From positions 1 through 64,000 of the IMG/VR virus record IMGVR_UViG_3300038299_000353: a stretch of DNA of 64,000 nucleotides, one strand, 5' to 3'. Source of the stretch: a virus. Lineage: Duplodnaviria; Caudoviricetes. The notes below the pieces were generated by a model, which had not been told where the DNA came from, searched no databases, and worked only from the letters and a program-made list of their open reading frames with translations. Of this stretch, positions 37,311 through 46,781 are shown in pieces (within the stretch, counting starts at the first letter, position 1; each line of letters starts with the position of its first letter). The position numbers were made by a program, and so were the translations under genes.

Positions 37311-38921
37311 GTGAATTTTAATAATGCTAGTTTATTAGGTTTTAAAAAAACAAATCAATTCTTAAATTCCAATTTTAGATTCGGTTCAAGAGTTGAGTAT
37401 GAGATAGAAGGGTATTTCATAGATCTTCAAAATGATATTGGTGTAAGCGGATTACTTAGCGCTTCTGAGTTTTTTAGAACTGGTCTTCAAGATTATCAGC
37501 CAATAATACTAAATGGAAATGACTTTGGAAAAGGCAGGGTATTAAGTTTTAGTAATAACGATGCAAACTCTTTACAGTACTCTACTTACAATCTATCAAT
37601 CGAAGGCTTTCAATCTGGAAATTTAAGCAATCTTTCTGGCAAATATTATAGCGGATTAGCTCCCTTAGTAACTGGCAACACCATTTTAGAATCGCCATAC
37701 CTGCTTGAGGATTTTTCTGAAGATTTTAATATTAACAGGGACGGTGATCAATTTTCTTATACGCATAGTATAAATATTAAATATGCTAGTGGCGATGGAG
37801 TGATAATCACCCCTATTCAAAGAGCAAAAGGTTTAGCTGCGGAAATTTTTCAAACAGTAGAAGCGCCCTTTGAGCTTTTAGATAGTTTTCCTGGACACAA
37901 TTTTTTTACTGGGGCAATAGACGAGAAATTTAATGAATCCTACGATTTAGTAAACAACTCGGTTAGTATTTCTAGAAAATTTTCTACATATACTTCTGAA
38001 TTTGAAAAATATTCAGTAAAGCACTCTCAGAATTTCACAAAGCAAACAGACGGGATAATCTCTGTTTCTGAAAATGGCTCAATAAAGGCAAAATCCTTTT
38101 CTATAGAAGTTGATCTATCAGAAGCTATAAAAAGTGAAATAAGCGGATCTTATGGTAGATGTAGTGAAATTTATCTAGCATATGGTAATTCCTCAGCTCT
38201 ACCTTCTGGAGCCATTTCTACTTCTCAAAGTATTGATAATTTTGCTGGCGAGGCTAACTACACAATATCCTTTAACGATGCTGATTCTAATTATGGAGAA
38301 AATTATATTTTGAATTCAACACTCTCCATGCAAAGACTAGGAGACATTATGCAGATTTCTGAGGAAGCAAGTATATTGGGAAGAGGCGACTCTGAGGCAG
38401 AAAAAATGCAAAACTCTGTGAATGGCTACAATATAGAAAAAGAAAATATCTTTGGAAGATGTTATAGTTTTTATCAGGAGCAAGGTGGGATTAAAGATTT
38501 GAGCCTAGAGGATTGTTCTTATAATAAAAAAACGAATGGAAGTTCTATAGACTACGACTATACCTTTTCCGATGACTCTTCTCTGGTAAGCGGAAGAAGA
38601 GTTTCTATTTCGGTTAACGATGACGATTCAATTAATGCATTTGCTAATTTCTCCGCCTTGGGTGAGAAGCAATTTGTACAAAAAATAGATACTACAAGCC
38701 AGGGATCTAGAGACTTAAAAATATCTATAAACGGGCAAGAGGAAGATACGCTTTATGATCTTCTTGACCAGGCAAAGGGTGTAGCTAATGAGCATGTAAA
38801 GACCTATAATGATACTTATATTGATGGCGCAACTTACCAATACAATTTAGAGAAAAATGCATTAGAAGTATCTGTAAAATATAAATTCAACAAACTGGTT
38901 AGGAATAGAGCTACATTATGA
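37311..38921 (+). CDS. tail tip/hub-related protein
   Basis: Follows TMP; beta-rich; resembles the next ORF. Confidence 0.5.
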   Translation: MNFNNASLLGFKKTNQFLNSNFRFGSRVEYEIEGYFIDLQNDIGVSGLLSASEFFRTGLQDYQPIILNGNDFGKGRVLSFSNNDANSLQYSTYNLSIEGFQSGNLSNLSGKYYSGLAPLVTGNTILESPYLLEDFSEDFNINRDGDQFSYTHSINIKYASGDGVIITPIQRAKGLAAEIFQTVEAPFELLDSFPGHNFFTGAIDEKFNESYDLVNNSVSISRKFSTYTSEFEKYSVKHSQNFTKQTDGIISVSENGSIKAKSFSIEVDLSEAIKSEISGSYGRCSEIYLAYGNSSALPSGAISTSQSIDNFAGEANYTISFNDADSNYGENYILNSTLSMQRLGDIMQISEEASILGRGDSEAEKMQNSVNGYNIEKENIFGRCYSFYQEQGGIKDLSLEDCSYNKKTNGSSIDYDYTFSDDSSLVSGRRVSISVNDDDSINAFANFSALGEKQFVQKIDTTSQGSRDLKISINGQEEDTLYDLLDQAKGVANEHVKTYNDTYIDGATYQYNLEKNALEVSVKYKFNKLVRNRATL

Positions 38922-40567
38922 CTCCAACTAAAATAATTTACGATAGCTTTGACTTTGGTGATCAACCAACACCATTCTTGAGTAGTCAGGAGAATTTTTT
39001 AAAGTATGGGGAAAACTTTGGGAGTGAGGAATCGTACTCTCTAAATGGTCAGCTTACTGGAAGGGACTTCAATGATCTTAGGTCAGAACAATTGAAGCTG
39101 ATTAGCGGATTTTCAAAAGACTTTGGAACTTTTATAGTTAAGGATTTTAAGCCTTATGAAGCAGAGGTAATGGTAAGGAGTGGAGTAAAGATTGATTCTA
39201 TCGACTTCGGGCAAAGCAAATATAATAAAATTATTGATTATAATATTAGTTTTACTGCTTACCCAGTAGATTATTTTGGTGATAATTATGGAGTTATAGA
39301 TCCAGCGGAGAGTTGGTCGTTTGAAGAAAGTGATGATGGGATAGTTTCAATTTCTCACCTCATAAGTGCAAGGGGCATAGAAACTCCTCAAGCCGATTCA
39401 TATGACAAATCATCTTCATTACAGAATGCAATAGACTACGTCAAACAAAGGACTGGATCTACTCAAACTTTCATTTCTCCTCATTTTATATGCAAGGATT
39501 CGGACTACTCTTTAAATTTAAATTCTTTGCAAGAAAGTATAGATAGAGTTCAAGGAACTTATAGTGTAACTGAAAGTTACTCTTCTGATTTGTATGGAAA
39601 CTCTGGTATATTAAGATATTCGGCAGATATAGACTCATCTATTGACGCTCCAAATTCTATCTCAATAAAAGGTAGATTAGAGGGAAGCATAGGTGATCCA
39701 ATATCTATAATTAGGGATAGATTTTTAACTTATGATTGGTTCTCTACGGCTAGTGAATTTCTGATAAACCAATTTGGTTCAGCATCTATTGGACAAAAGC
39801 CACTGCAGAAGAATATTACTGAAGACCTATTTAATAACTCTATAAACTTCTCATACTCATTTGGTGATGATGAATCTATACAGGATCAGGTTAGAGTTGA
39901 TACAGACATCTCGATCAATAGTGGAACCTCTTTAGTATCCGTTTCTGTAGGAGGATCTGTAACATCATCTGCCGATAAGTCTGTAAGGTCTGGACTTATA
40001 CAAAGCGCTTTTGAGGAGATAGATATATTCGATATAGCTAATGGAGAGTTTAATGCTTTTTTCGGAGGAAATGCACCAAAGTCTTTAAGCAATAGAGTTA
40101 CTGCTGACTCATTTTCAAGGGACTCTGATACATACGCTATAAATTTCGATCAGTCATTTGATAATAAAGACGCTCCAGAGGAAGTTTTTTTTAAGGAAGT
40201 GAATACATCTCTATCGTTTACTCCGTCTAAGATTTCTATAGCGTCAAGCCCACTTCCAGGCAAGGGTGGAGAATATGATACAATTGACTTGGAGGTTAAA
40301 AACAGAGCATATTTAGACATATCCTTAGATGCTATACTTGAAACTGGAAGTTCTCAGTCTATGGATCAATTGGTATCCTCATTGAAAGATAAGTCGAATG
40401 ATATACTTAGCGAATATGGGCAGCTTCAATCTTTAAATTTAGAAGGAGTATCGATTGGTACTGGGGACCCACTATCGATAACTCTAAATTCAAGATACTC
40501 TTTTGAAAGTAATAATAATCTTTTTACGGCTCCCAACTATTCAGTTGTAAATGATTTTAAGGTTTAA
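38918..40567 (+). CDS. tail tip/hub-related protein
   Basis: Shared features with 37311-38921 (ExWSF, SHxI, ESID). Confidence 0.5.
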   Translation: MTPTKIIYDSFDFGDQPTPFLSSQENFLKYGENFGSEESYSLNGQLTGRDFNDLRSEQLKLISGFSKDFGTFIVKDFKPYEAEVMVRSGVKIDSIDFGQSKYNKIIDYNISFTAYPVDYFGDNYGVIDPAESWSFEESDDGIVSISHLISARGIETPQADSYDKSSSLQNAIDYVKQRTGSTQTFISPHFICKDSDYSLNLNSLQESIDRVQGTYSVTESYSSDLYGNSGILRYSADIDSSIDAPNSISIKGRLEGSIGDPISIIRDRFLTYDWFSTASEFLINQFGSASIGQKPLQKNITEDLFNNSINFSYSFGDDESIQDQVRVDTDISINSGTSLVSVSVGGSVTSSADKSVRSGLIQSAFEEIDIFDIANGEFNAFFGGNAPKSLSNRVTADSFSRDSDTYAINFDQSFDNKDAPEEVFFKEVNTSLSFTPSKISIASSPLPGKGGEYDTIDLEVKNRAYLDISLDAILETGSSQSMDQLVSSLKDKSNDILSEYGQLQSLNLEGVSIGTGDPLSITLNSRYSFESNNNLFTAPNYSVVNDFKV

Positions 40568-40609
40568 CTATTTCACATACTAGTTAAATGTCTGTATATA
40601 GATATAGGC

Positions 40610-40834
40610 ATGGAAGAAAAGGATTTTTATTATTTTGAGTTTTTGGGCGAAAGGTGTATCAAGCATTTGTTCAAGGACTTCCTTTATCAATTAGAGGATA
40701 TACAGGAAAAGTACTCTATAGAGGACGACGATTTCGAAAAAATAAGAAATCGAGTTTTAGATAAGGGTAATGATACTATTCGTTTCTTTAGGGATCAGGG
40801 AGAGAATTATACGAAATTAAACTCAGGAGAATAA
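40610..40834 (+). CDS. hypothetical protein
   Basis: ORF track; late promoter at 40572. Confidence 0.65.
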   Translation: MEEKDFYYFEFLGERCIKHLFKDFLYQLEDIQEKYSIEDDDFEKIRNRVLDKGNDTIRFFRDQGENYTKLNSGE

Positions 40835-41575
40835 ATGAAAAAATTATTTAGTTTTAAGGAAAAGAATAAGGATAAGGATTACGAGTTCACGCTCAAGCAA
40901 CCTAATAGAACCGAGAGAGAGGAAATGGAGATTTACTACGCAGCCATGCTCTCAAAGTTAATGAACATGGGAGTTCAGACGAAAGCTTCCGTAGATAAGT
41001 ATTATGCTGATAATAGCGATACCGCTCTACCAAAGAAAGATCAGACTTATTATTTCAACCTGCAAAAGGAATTGGCAGAAAGTCAAGAAAAGCTGATTAG
41101 AGAAAAATCAAACTCTGAAAAGAAGTTTGAGCTTTACGCTAAAATTGTGCAGATACAAGAAGATATGCGTAAATTCACATCTTATTATTCTGCAATATAT
41201 GATAATACGGCAGAGATTAAAGCCAGAGATAAGACTGTTGACTTCTGTATGTTAAATTACTCTTGTTTGGATGGAGATCCAATTTTTGATGTCGATGAAG
41301 AAGATTTTCAAAAAAGAGCTATATTACAATATGAGAAAGTTGACGATCTAAGGGCTGGAGATGAATCGGAATTTTGGAGTTCAGTTATCGATAGGTTTGT
41401 ATTTTTGTTTACAATATGGTATCTAGATCTCGCTCAGACGGAGGAGGAGTTTCAATCCTATTATGACTCCTACTTTAAAGAAGAGCAAGAGCCTTTGGAG
41501 GAAGCTAAAGAGGAACCTGCAGAAGAAGCTCAAGAGGAACCTTTAGAAGAAGTTTCGAAAAAAAAGGAGGGCTAA
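40835..41575 (+). CDS. hypothetical protein, possible tail assembly chaperone
   Basis: FTLKQPNR N-terminus; helical, acidic. Confidence 0.4.
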   Translation: MKKLFSFKEKNKDKDYEFTLKQPNRTEREEMEIYYAAMLSKLMNMGVQTKASVDKYYADNSDTALPKKDQTYYFNLQKELAESQEKLIREKSNSEKKFELYAKIVQIQEDMRKFTSYYSAIYDNTAEIKARDKTVDFCMLNYSCLDGDPIFDVDEEDFQKRAILQYEKVDDLRAGDESEFWSSVIDRFVFLFTIWYLDLAQTEEEFQSYYDSYFKEEQEPLEEAKEEPAEEAQEEPLEEVSKKKEG

Positions 41576-42478
41576 TTGAAAGAAGAGTCGAAGCTTCGTT
41601 CAGCTCTTTCTGACATATTAAAAGGCTTCTCTTATTATAAAGATGAAAATTTTTATATTAAGCATTTGACTCTAGACGACTATGTAGATTTTGAATGTGA
41701 GTATGATTCTTTCTACGAAAATCTCAGGAAAAAGAAGCTACTAAATAATGAAGAGCTTTTAGCTCAAGCAAAGTCCAAGGATTTGTGGTCTAAGCAAGAG
41801 GATTATGAAATTGAAGATTTAGAGCAACTAATAGATCATACTAGGCAAAGCTCTCAGAAGCTTCTTCTTCACTCTCAGAAGAAGATTCAACTAGATTATA
41901 TTGACGAACTTGAGCAAAAATTGTTTATTTTAATTAATAAAAAAAATTCTTTTCTAACCCATTCTTGTGAAAGTATCGCCGACAGGAGATTGAATGAATA
42001 TTATTTATTAAATAGTCTTTTTAAAGATAAACAATTTGAAGAACCTTTGCTTGGCGAAGACGAGAAGCAGGACCCGTCTTTAGATGTGCAAAAATACTTT
42101 AGAATACAGTCGGAATGTCTTAAAAATATTTCTACGGAAAGTATAAAAATGGTATCTACTAAAGAGTTTTTTACTTCTAGTTGGAGAATATGTAATAATG
42201 CTTTTGAGTATTTCGGAAAACCGATTTGCAAGCTATCCTTCCATCAAACTAATTTAGCTAATTACGCGAAAACATTTACAACAATCTTTGAGAGGTATCC
42301 AAATATAAAAAGCGAAGATCCTGACGAAATTATTAGATTAGCAAATTCCAGGTCCAAGCTAGAAGAAGTGTCTGGCGGAAAAGATGTAGATGTGGTTGGC
42401 ATGACGCATGAAGAAGCCGACAAGATGGGTATAAAGATTAAAGACAGATCTAGGCAATTTTCGCAGGATGCAGAATAA
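41576..42478 (+). CDS. hypothetical protein, possible tail assembly chaperone
   Basis: FYIKHLT; similar architecture to the previous ORF. Confidence 0.4.
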   Translation: MKEESKLRSALSDILKGFSYYKDENFYIKHLTLDDYVDFECEYDSFYENLRKKKLLNNEELLAQAKSKDLWSKQEDYEIEDLEQLIDHTRQSSQKLLLHSQKKIQLDYIDELEQKLFILINKKNSFLTHSCESIADRRLNEYYLLNSLFKDKQFEEPLLGEDEKQDPSLDVQKYFRIQSECLKNISTESIKMVSTKEFFTSSWRICNNAFEYFGKPICKLSFHQTNLANYAKTFTTIFERYPNIKSEDPDEIIRLANSRSKLEEVSGGKDVDVVGMTHEEADKMGIKIKDRSRQFSQDAE

Positions 42479-42496
42479 AAGGTGTAATATAAACAT

Positions 42497-44593
42497 ATGG
42501 GCTTAAGGGGCATAAACTACATTTATTCTGGAATATTAAAACTAGATACAGGCAACATGCCAGTATACTATGACTTTAATAATTTTAGTGATGAATTTTA
42601 TACTCAGCTAGTCACACAGTCAGGAAGCCCCTTAATTACGCAAGATTCTTCTTTTATAGTATTAGAGGACGTCGATGTTTCAGGATACAATTCTGTAAAC
42701 TTTGCTTCTTTTTTTATTGGGCAAGATATAAATATTTTAAGCTCAAACTCTGCTTCTATAATAGGAAACGTTGATAGCTTTACTGGAAATGGAAATTCTG
42801 GAAATTTTAATTACGGATATTTAGAAATAAATAATCAACAAGATTTATTCTCTAGAGACTTTACCGTACTCTTGTCTCAGGATAAGCGTTATACTGGAGA
42901 TGGAGTTTTATTTTCTTGTTTTGACGACAACGTTATAAAAAGTGGATATTCTTTTGGGATAAATTCTGCAAATAAAATGTATTTTGAATATTTTGATAAT
43001 CAAAATCAAAGATACGATATACAAACTAGCTTGTTGCAGCTATCAGATAAAAACTTAATAGGACTAAGAAAGTTCGATGACTCAATTTACTTTTTAGCTT
43101 ATAATAATAGTACGAAATCTTTTGAGAGTGAAATCAAAAGTGTTATATCTGACGAGATTCTTCCTTGTAACAAATTTTTAATTGGTAGTGGGCAAAATCA
43201 AAAAAGCTATTCTGGCTTTATGGACGATTTTGTATACTTAAATCAAAACATTTCAACTGTAGATGCAAACATACTTGCTTCTGGCTTTTGGTCGGACACT
43301 AAGAGTGGGATTCCTTTCTTGATAGAGTCTGGAATTACTGGAGGAGTTAGTGGCTATGAATATAATTTAACTGGAGTAACTGGCATACTTTCTACAAGCA
43401 GTATTTTGACTGGCACTGGATATACTACTGGTTACTCTGACATTTATCAATATGTTATTGAAACGGGAGTTATAGCATCTGGAGAAGAAAAGATAGAGTT
43501 CTTACAAAACTTACCGCAGTATTGCGTAGGAAACGAAGAAGTTCCAATATATAGAAAGGTTGTTACATTAGATTCAACTGGCGTAATTGGGTTGATTCGT
43601 CAATTCTCTGGAACCGATGAAGTTATCAATGGAACGGATATATATCAAAACGTTAACATCACTGGGTTCTTGTCTAGTGGGTTAAGAGCTACTACTATTT
43701 TCAATACTGGAAACAATGACATTTCTGGACTTAAGAATGTTATGAGTGGCGACAGAAGAAGGCTTTCTGAGTATGGAATGAGCGAAATTACTTATCTTGG
43801 CGAGTATTTTGATCAATCGTTTGGTCAAGAACAGACTGGCATAAATAGCTTCAACTCTTTAGCTTTATATGAAAAAGAAGACGATTATTCTAATGAATTT
43901 AGAAATTTTAATTTCTTAAATAAGACATCTCTTGCAAGCTTAGATGGGACTGGATTTTCAATTAATCAAGAGTATGATGGGTCCGAATTTAGAGTCTCTT
44001 CTAATGGTCTTTTGAGATTTTCAAACTCTACCATAACATCAGCTGGTCTAGAAAATTTTTATAAATCTGGTTCAATAGAACTAGGTAAGGTAATATTAAG
44101 CGGTAATAATACTGGCTCAAAAGTATTTTACGATGCTAATGACTTTGCAGTAAAAAGTGTCTTTAGTGGTAGCAATAATATAAGCGTACACGATAACTTG
44201 TTTTTCAAAAAAGGGTATAAGCTAGCGTCTGGATTGGATTATACTGGAGACGCAATTAACAACTCGTTCACCGCAATAAAAGCATCTGACTCAACTAAAG
44301 AAATTTTAGCTATTGGCTTTAGAGTTCAGAGTGGTCAACACCAGTCTAATGTTATACCATCTTCGGGGAAATTCTTTAGAGACTCCTCTACCAATTATTT
44401 TGGTAGGCTGAGACTGCGCCGTGATCTATATTTAGAGACTAGTGAATCTTCAGACCTAACATCTAATAAAAAGCAGCTTATTCCAAGCGGAGTAAAGTCT
44501 CTATTTGTTAATAGAAATTATCAGAGCGAGCTATCAACTGGATCAGTATATAGATCTTATCTAACTGGAGCCAGTGGATTTTTCGATCTTTAG
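42497..44593 (+). CDS. LamG/concanavalin-like tail protein with SG/TG-rich region
   Basis: FLIGS...YSGFMDDF LamG signature. Confidence 0.65.
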   Translation: MGLRGINYIYSGILKLDTGNMPVYYDFNNFSDEFYTQLVTQSGSPLITQDSSFIVLEDVDVSGYNSVNFASFFIGQDINILSSNSASIIGNVDSFTGNGNSGNFNYGYLEINNQQDLFSRDFTVLLSQDKRYTGDGVLFSCFDDNVIKSGYSFGINSANKMYFEYFDNQNQRYDIQTSLLQLSDKNLIGLRKFDDSIYFLAYNNSTKSFESEIKSVISDEILPCNKFLIGSGQNQKSYSGFMDDFVYLNQNISTVDANILASGFWSDTKSGIPFLIESGITGGVSGYEYNLTGVTGILSTSSILTGTGYTTGYSDIYQYVIETGVIASGEEKIEFLQNLPQYCVGNEEVPIYRKVVTLDSTGVIGLIRQFSGTDEVINGTDIYQNVNITGFLSSGLRATTIFNTGNNDISGLKNVMSGDRRRLSEYGMSEITYLGEYFDQSFGQEQTGINSFNSLALYEKEDDYSNEFRNFNFLNKTSLASLDGTGFSINQEYDGSEFRVSSNGLLRFSNSTITSAGLENFYKSGSIELGKVILSGNNTGSKVFYDANDFAVKSVFSGSNNISVHDNLFFKKGYKLASGLDYTGDAINNSFTAIKASDSTKEILAIGFRVQSGQHQSNVIPSSGKFFRDSSTNYFGRLRLRRDLYLETSESSDLTSNKKQLIPSGVKSLFVNRNYQSELSTGSVYRSYLTGASGFFDL

Positions 44594-44642
44594 TTTGATT
44601 AAGTTTAAAATGGATTACAATTAAGTGTAATAAGATAAAGGA

Positions 44643-46769
44643 ATGGCGATAAGAAAAACAGACAAGGTTACTTTGAATGGGAGTACTTCAGCGTACGGTG
44701 GACTAATAATTAGTGCATCTTATTCTATTGGCTTTGGGACGCAAGTCACGCAGTTAACATTAACTGTTTCGAGCGATGATGGCACTTATACTATAAGCGA
44801 AGATAGTTTGAATGTTTTTGATAGTGATAAGATAAGTCTAGGATCAAGAGAACTCAATATGGTTGCGATAGAGTACTCCATAGATAATAGTCTTAGTGGA
44901 AGAATTTTGACCGTCACTTATAACGACAAGTCAATTCTACTTTTAGATAAAAAATTCGTTGCTTTATTGGGGAGAAATTTTGACGAAACGGCAACGGACG
45001 AGTCTTTAATACTAGTTGGCCAAGGATACTTTGCAGTAGAAGAATCGCAAGGCGAAGGAGATACACAATCGATTCCAGTAACTAGATCAACCTCCTCTCA
45101 GGATGCCAGGCAGCTCCCAGATTATTTATATAACCTTAAGGAGCTATTGGAAAAAATTCCAGGGAAAATTGCAAATATAAATACAGCTTTAGTCAGACAT
45201 GATGATGACATATTGAAGGACACTACTGGTACTTTAAGAAGCGTATTAAGTTCTTGGGGTTCCCTATATGGATTTACATTTTTTTTTAATGAGTCTGGTA
45301 AGATACAGTTTATAGATCTTACTGAAAGTATTTCTCCAGTTTTCCCTAACGGAGTTAACTTCATATCTGAAAAAAGCTCATTCTCATTGAGAGATACGAT
45401 ATCAAAAGGTCACTCCGTTTATTTCGGCAAGGCTGGTAAAGATATAAATGCTGGTGGCGGAAATCAAACAACTATTGGTGGAGGAGGCGGAACTACGTAT
45501 GGGGAATTTGAAGAGACATCAGATACACAGATAACACTTTATAGGCCTACTGACAGGCCAGATCAGTATTGGGATAATCCAGGATTTGCTATAAATCTAG
45601 GCAAAGCTGCTGCGATAGGAGAGACTTTTTTTGCTTTCGCTGCTTTGTATTTGTGCAAGGAGTATACATCGGAATATTCAAGTGTATTTGGATATAGTGA
45701 CGTCAATGTTTTGAGCGCTAACCAAAAAAAGGCTTTTGATCCAAAGGATGATTTATATCAGGATTATAACATAATCTCATATATTGAGTCAGATAGTTCC
45801 GATACGGTCACAGTGGAAACTGTAAAGCAAAAATTTGCGCAATTCATGACCTACGAGAATAATCTAGCTAAAGCCCAATATCTTAGATACAATTGGGCTA
45901 TTGGTGCGGATTTAAAGTATGACATAGAGGATACGACTGAATATGTCAATGAGGATCGGAGTAGCAACGCTGAAGGTAATCATAGAATATATGCAACCGT
46001 TCCGTGGGATTTGGCTTTCGACGTTTATGATAGTGTTAGCTCATTAAATTTAAATAAGTCTGTAATATTTTTAGAAGTAAGTAGTGCCGCTAGATACAGG
46101 GCTAGAAATAACGGATATAATCCAAATTTGAAGTTTGCAGCAGTTCTTAAGAATATCAACTTCTCTAATATATTCTCAAGAATAAACTTTAAATACGAGA
46201 ACAAACAGACTCTGAGAGTGGAGGGTCAAAGAATCGATAAAAATGGCAACGTTGGTGGTGGGGGAGGAAACAACGAGAATTTTACATCTGCTGTAGAGGC
46301 ACTAGCTTTTACTCAGCCAAGTTATAGTTCTAATACAATTAGGACTGACGTCGATTTGGACACATCACCAAATCAAGTAGCGGGCTTATCAGACATACTT
46401 CGAGTAGAGGGCGACAATGTAAGGCTTGGTGATACTCCTAGAATAGGCGGATCATTAAATAATTATCCAAACTTGGGATATACTATAACGCAGAAAAAGA
46501 TCGAAAAAACTTTTACAATTAACAATATAGATGTACCAGGTTATACCTCTTCTATAGAAAAGGGACTACAAAGCGTAGATATAAGTATTAGTAGCAACGG
46601 CGTAAAAACTACTTATACGATTGGCAATAGAAACTTTACTTTACCTAGTAAAGAATTACTAACTCAGCCAAGGGGTGCAGTTCTTGTCGGCAATCCAAAT
46701 TCATCACCTCCAAAGAAGAATGTGTATTCAATAAAAAGTTCTTTAAATACCCCAAATAAATTCATCTAA
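44643..46769 (+). CDS. putative baseplate hub/tail tip protein
   Basis: GTLRSVLSSWGSLYGFTFF; LQSVDISISSNGVKTTY. Confidence 0.5.
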   Translation: MAIRKTDKVTLNGSTSAYGGLIISASYSIGFGTQVTQLTLTVSSDDGTYTISEDSLNVFDSDKISLGSRELNMVAIEYSIDNSLSGRILTVTYNDKSILLLDKKFVALLGRNFDETATDESLILVGQGYFAVEESQGEGDTQSIPVTRSTSSQDARQLPDYLYNLKELLEKIPGKIANINTALVRHDDDILKDTTGTLRSVLSSWGSLYGFTFFFNESGKIQFIDLTESISPVFPNGVNFISEKSSFSLRDTISKGHSVYFGKAGKDINAGGGNQTTIGGGGGTTYGEFEETSDTQITLYRPTDRPDQYWDNPGFAINLGKAAAIGETFFAFAALYLCKEYTSEYSSVFGYSDVNVLSANQKKAFDPKDDLYQDYNIISYIESDSSDTVTVETVKQKFAQFMTYENNLAKAQYLRYNWAIGADLKYDIEDTTEYVNEDRSSNAEGNHRIYATVPWDLAFDVYDSVSSLNLNKSVIFLEVSSAARYRARNNGYNPNLKFAAVLKNINFSNIFSRINFKYENKQTLRVEGQRIDKNGNVGGGGGNNENFTSAVEALAFTQPSYSSNTIRTDVDLDTSPNQVAGLSDILRVEGDNVRLGDTPRIGGSLNNYPNLGYTITQKKIEKTFTINNIDVPGYTSSIEKGLQSVDISISSNGVKTTYTIGNRNFTLPSKELLTQPRGAVLVGNPNSSPPKKNVYSIKSSLNTPNKFI

Positions 46770-46781
46770 AAATAAAAAGAT

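Noticed and set aside
41555-41590. Slippery A-run as a tail-chaperone -1 frameshift
   Set aside because: The downstream ORF is in the same frame directly after TAA, so a shift would not join them; stop-start adjacency is common in this genome
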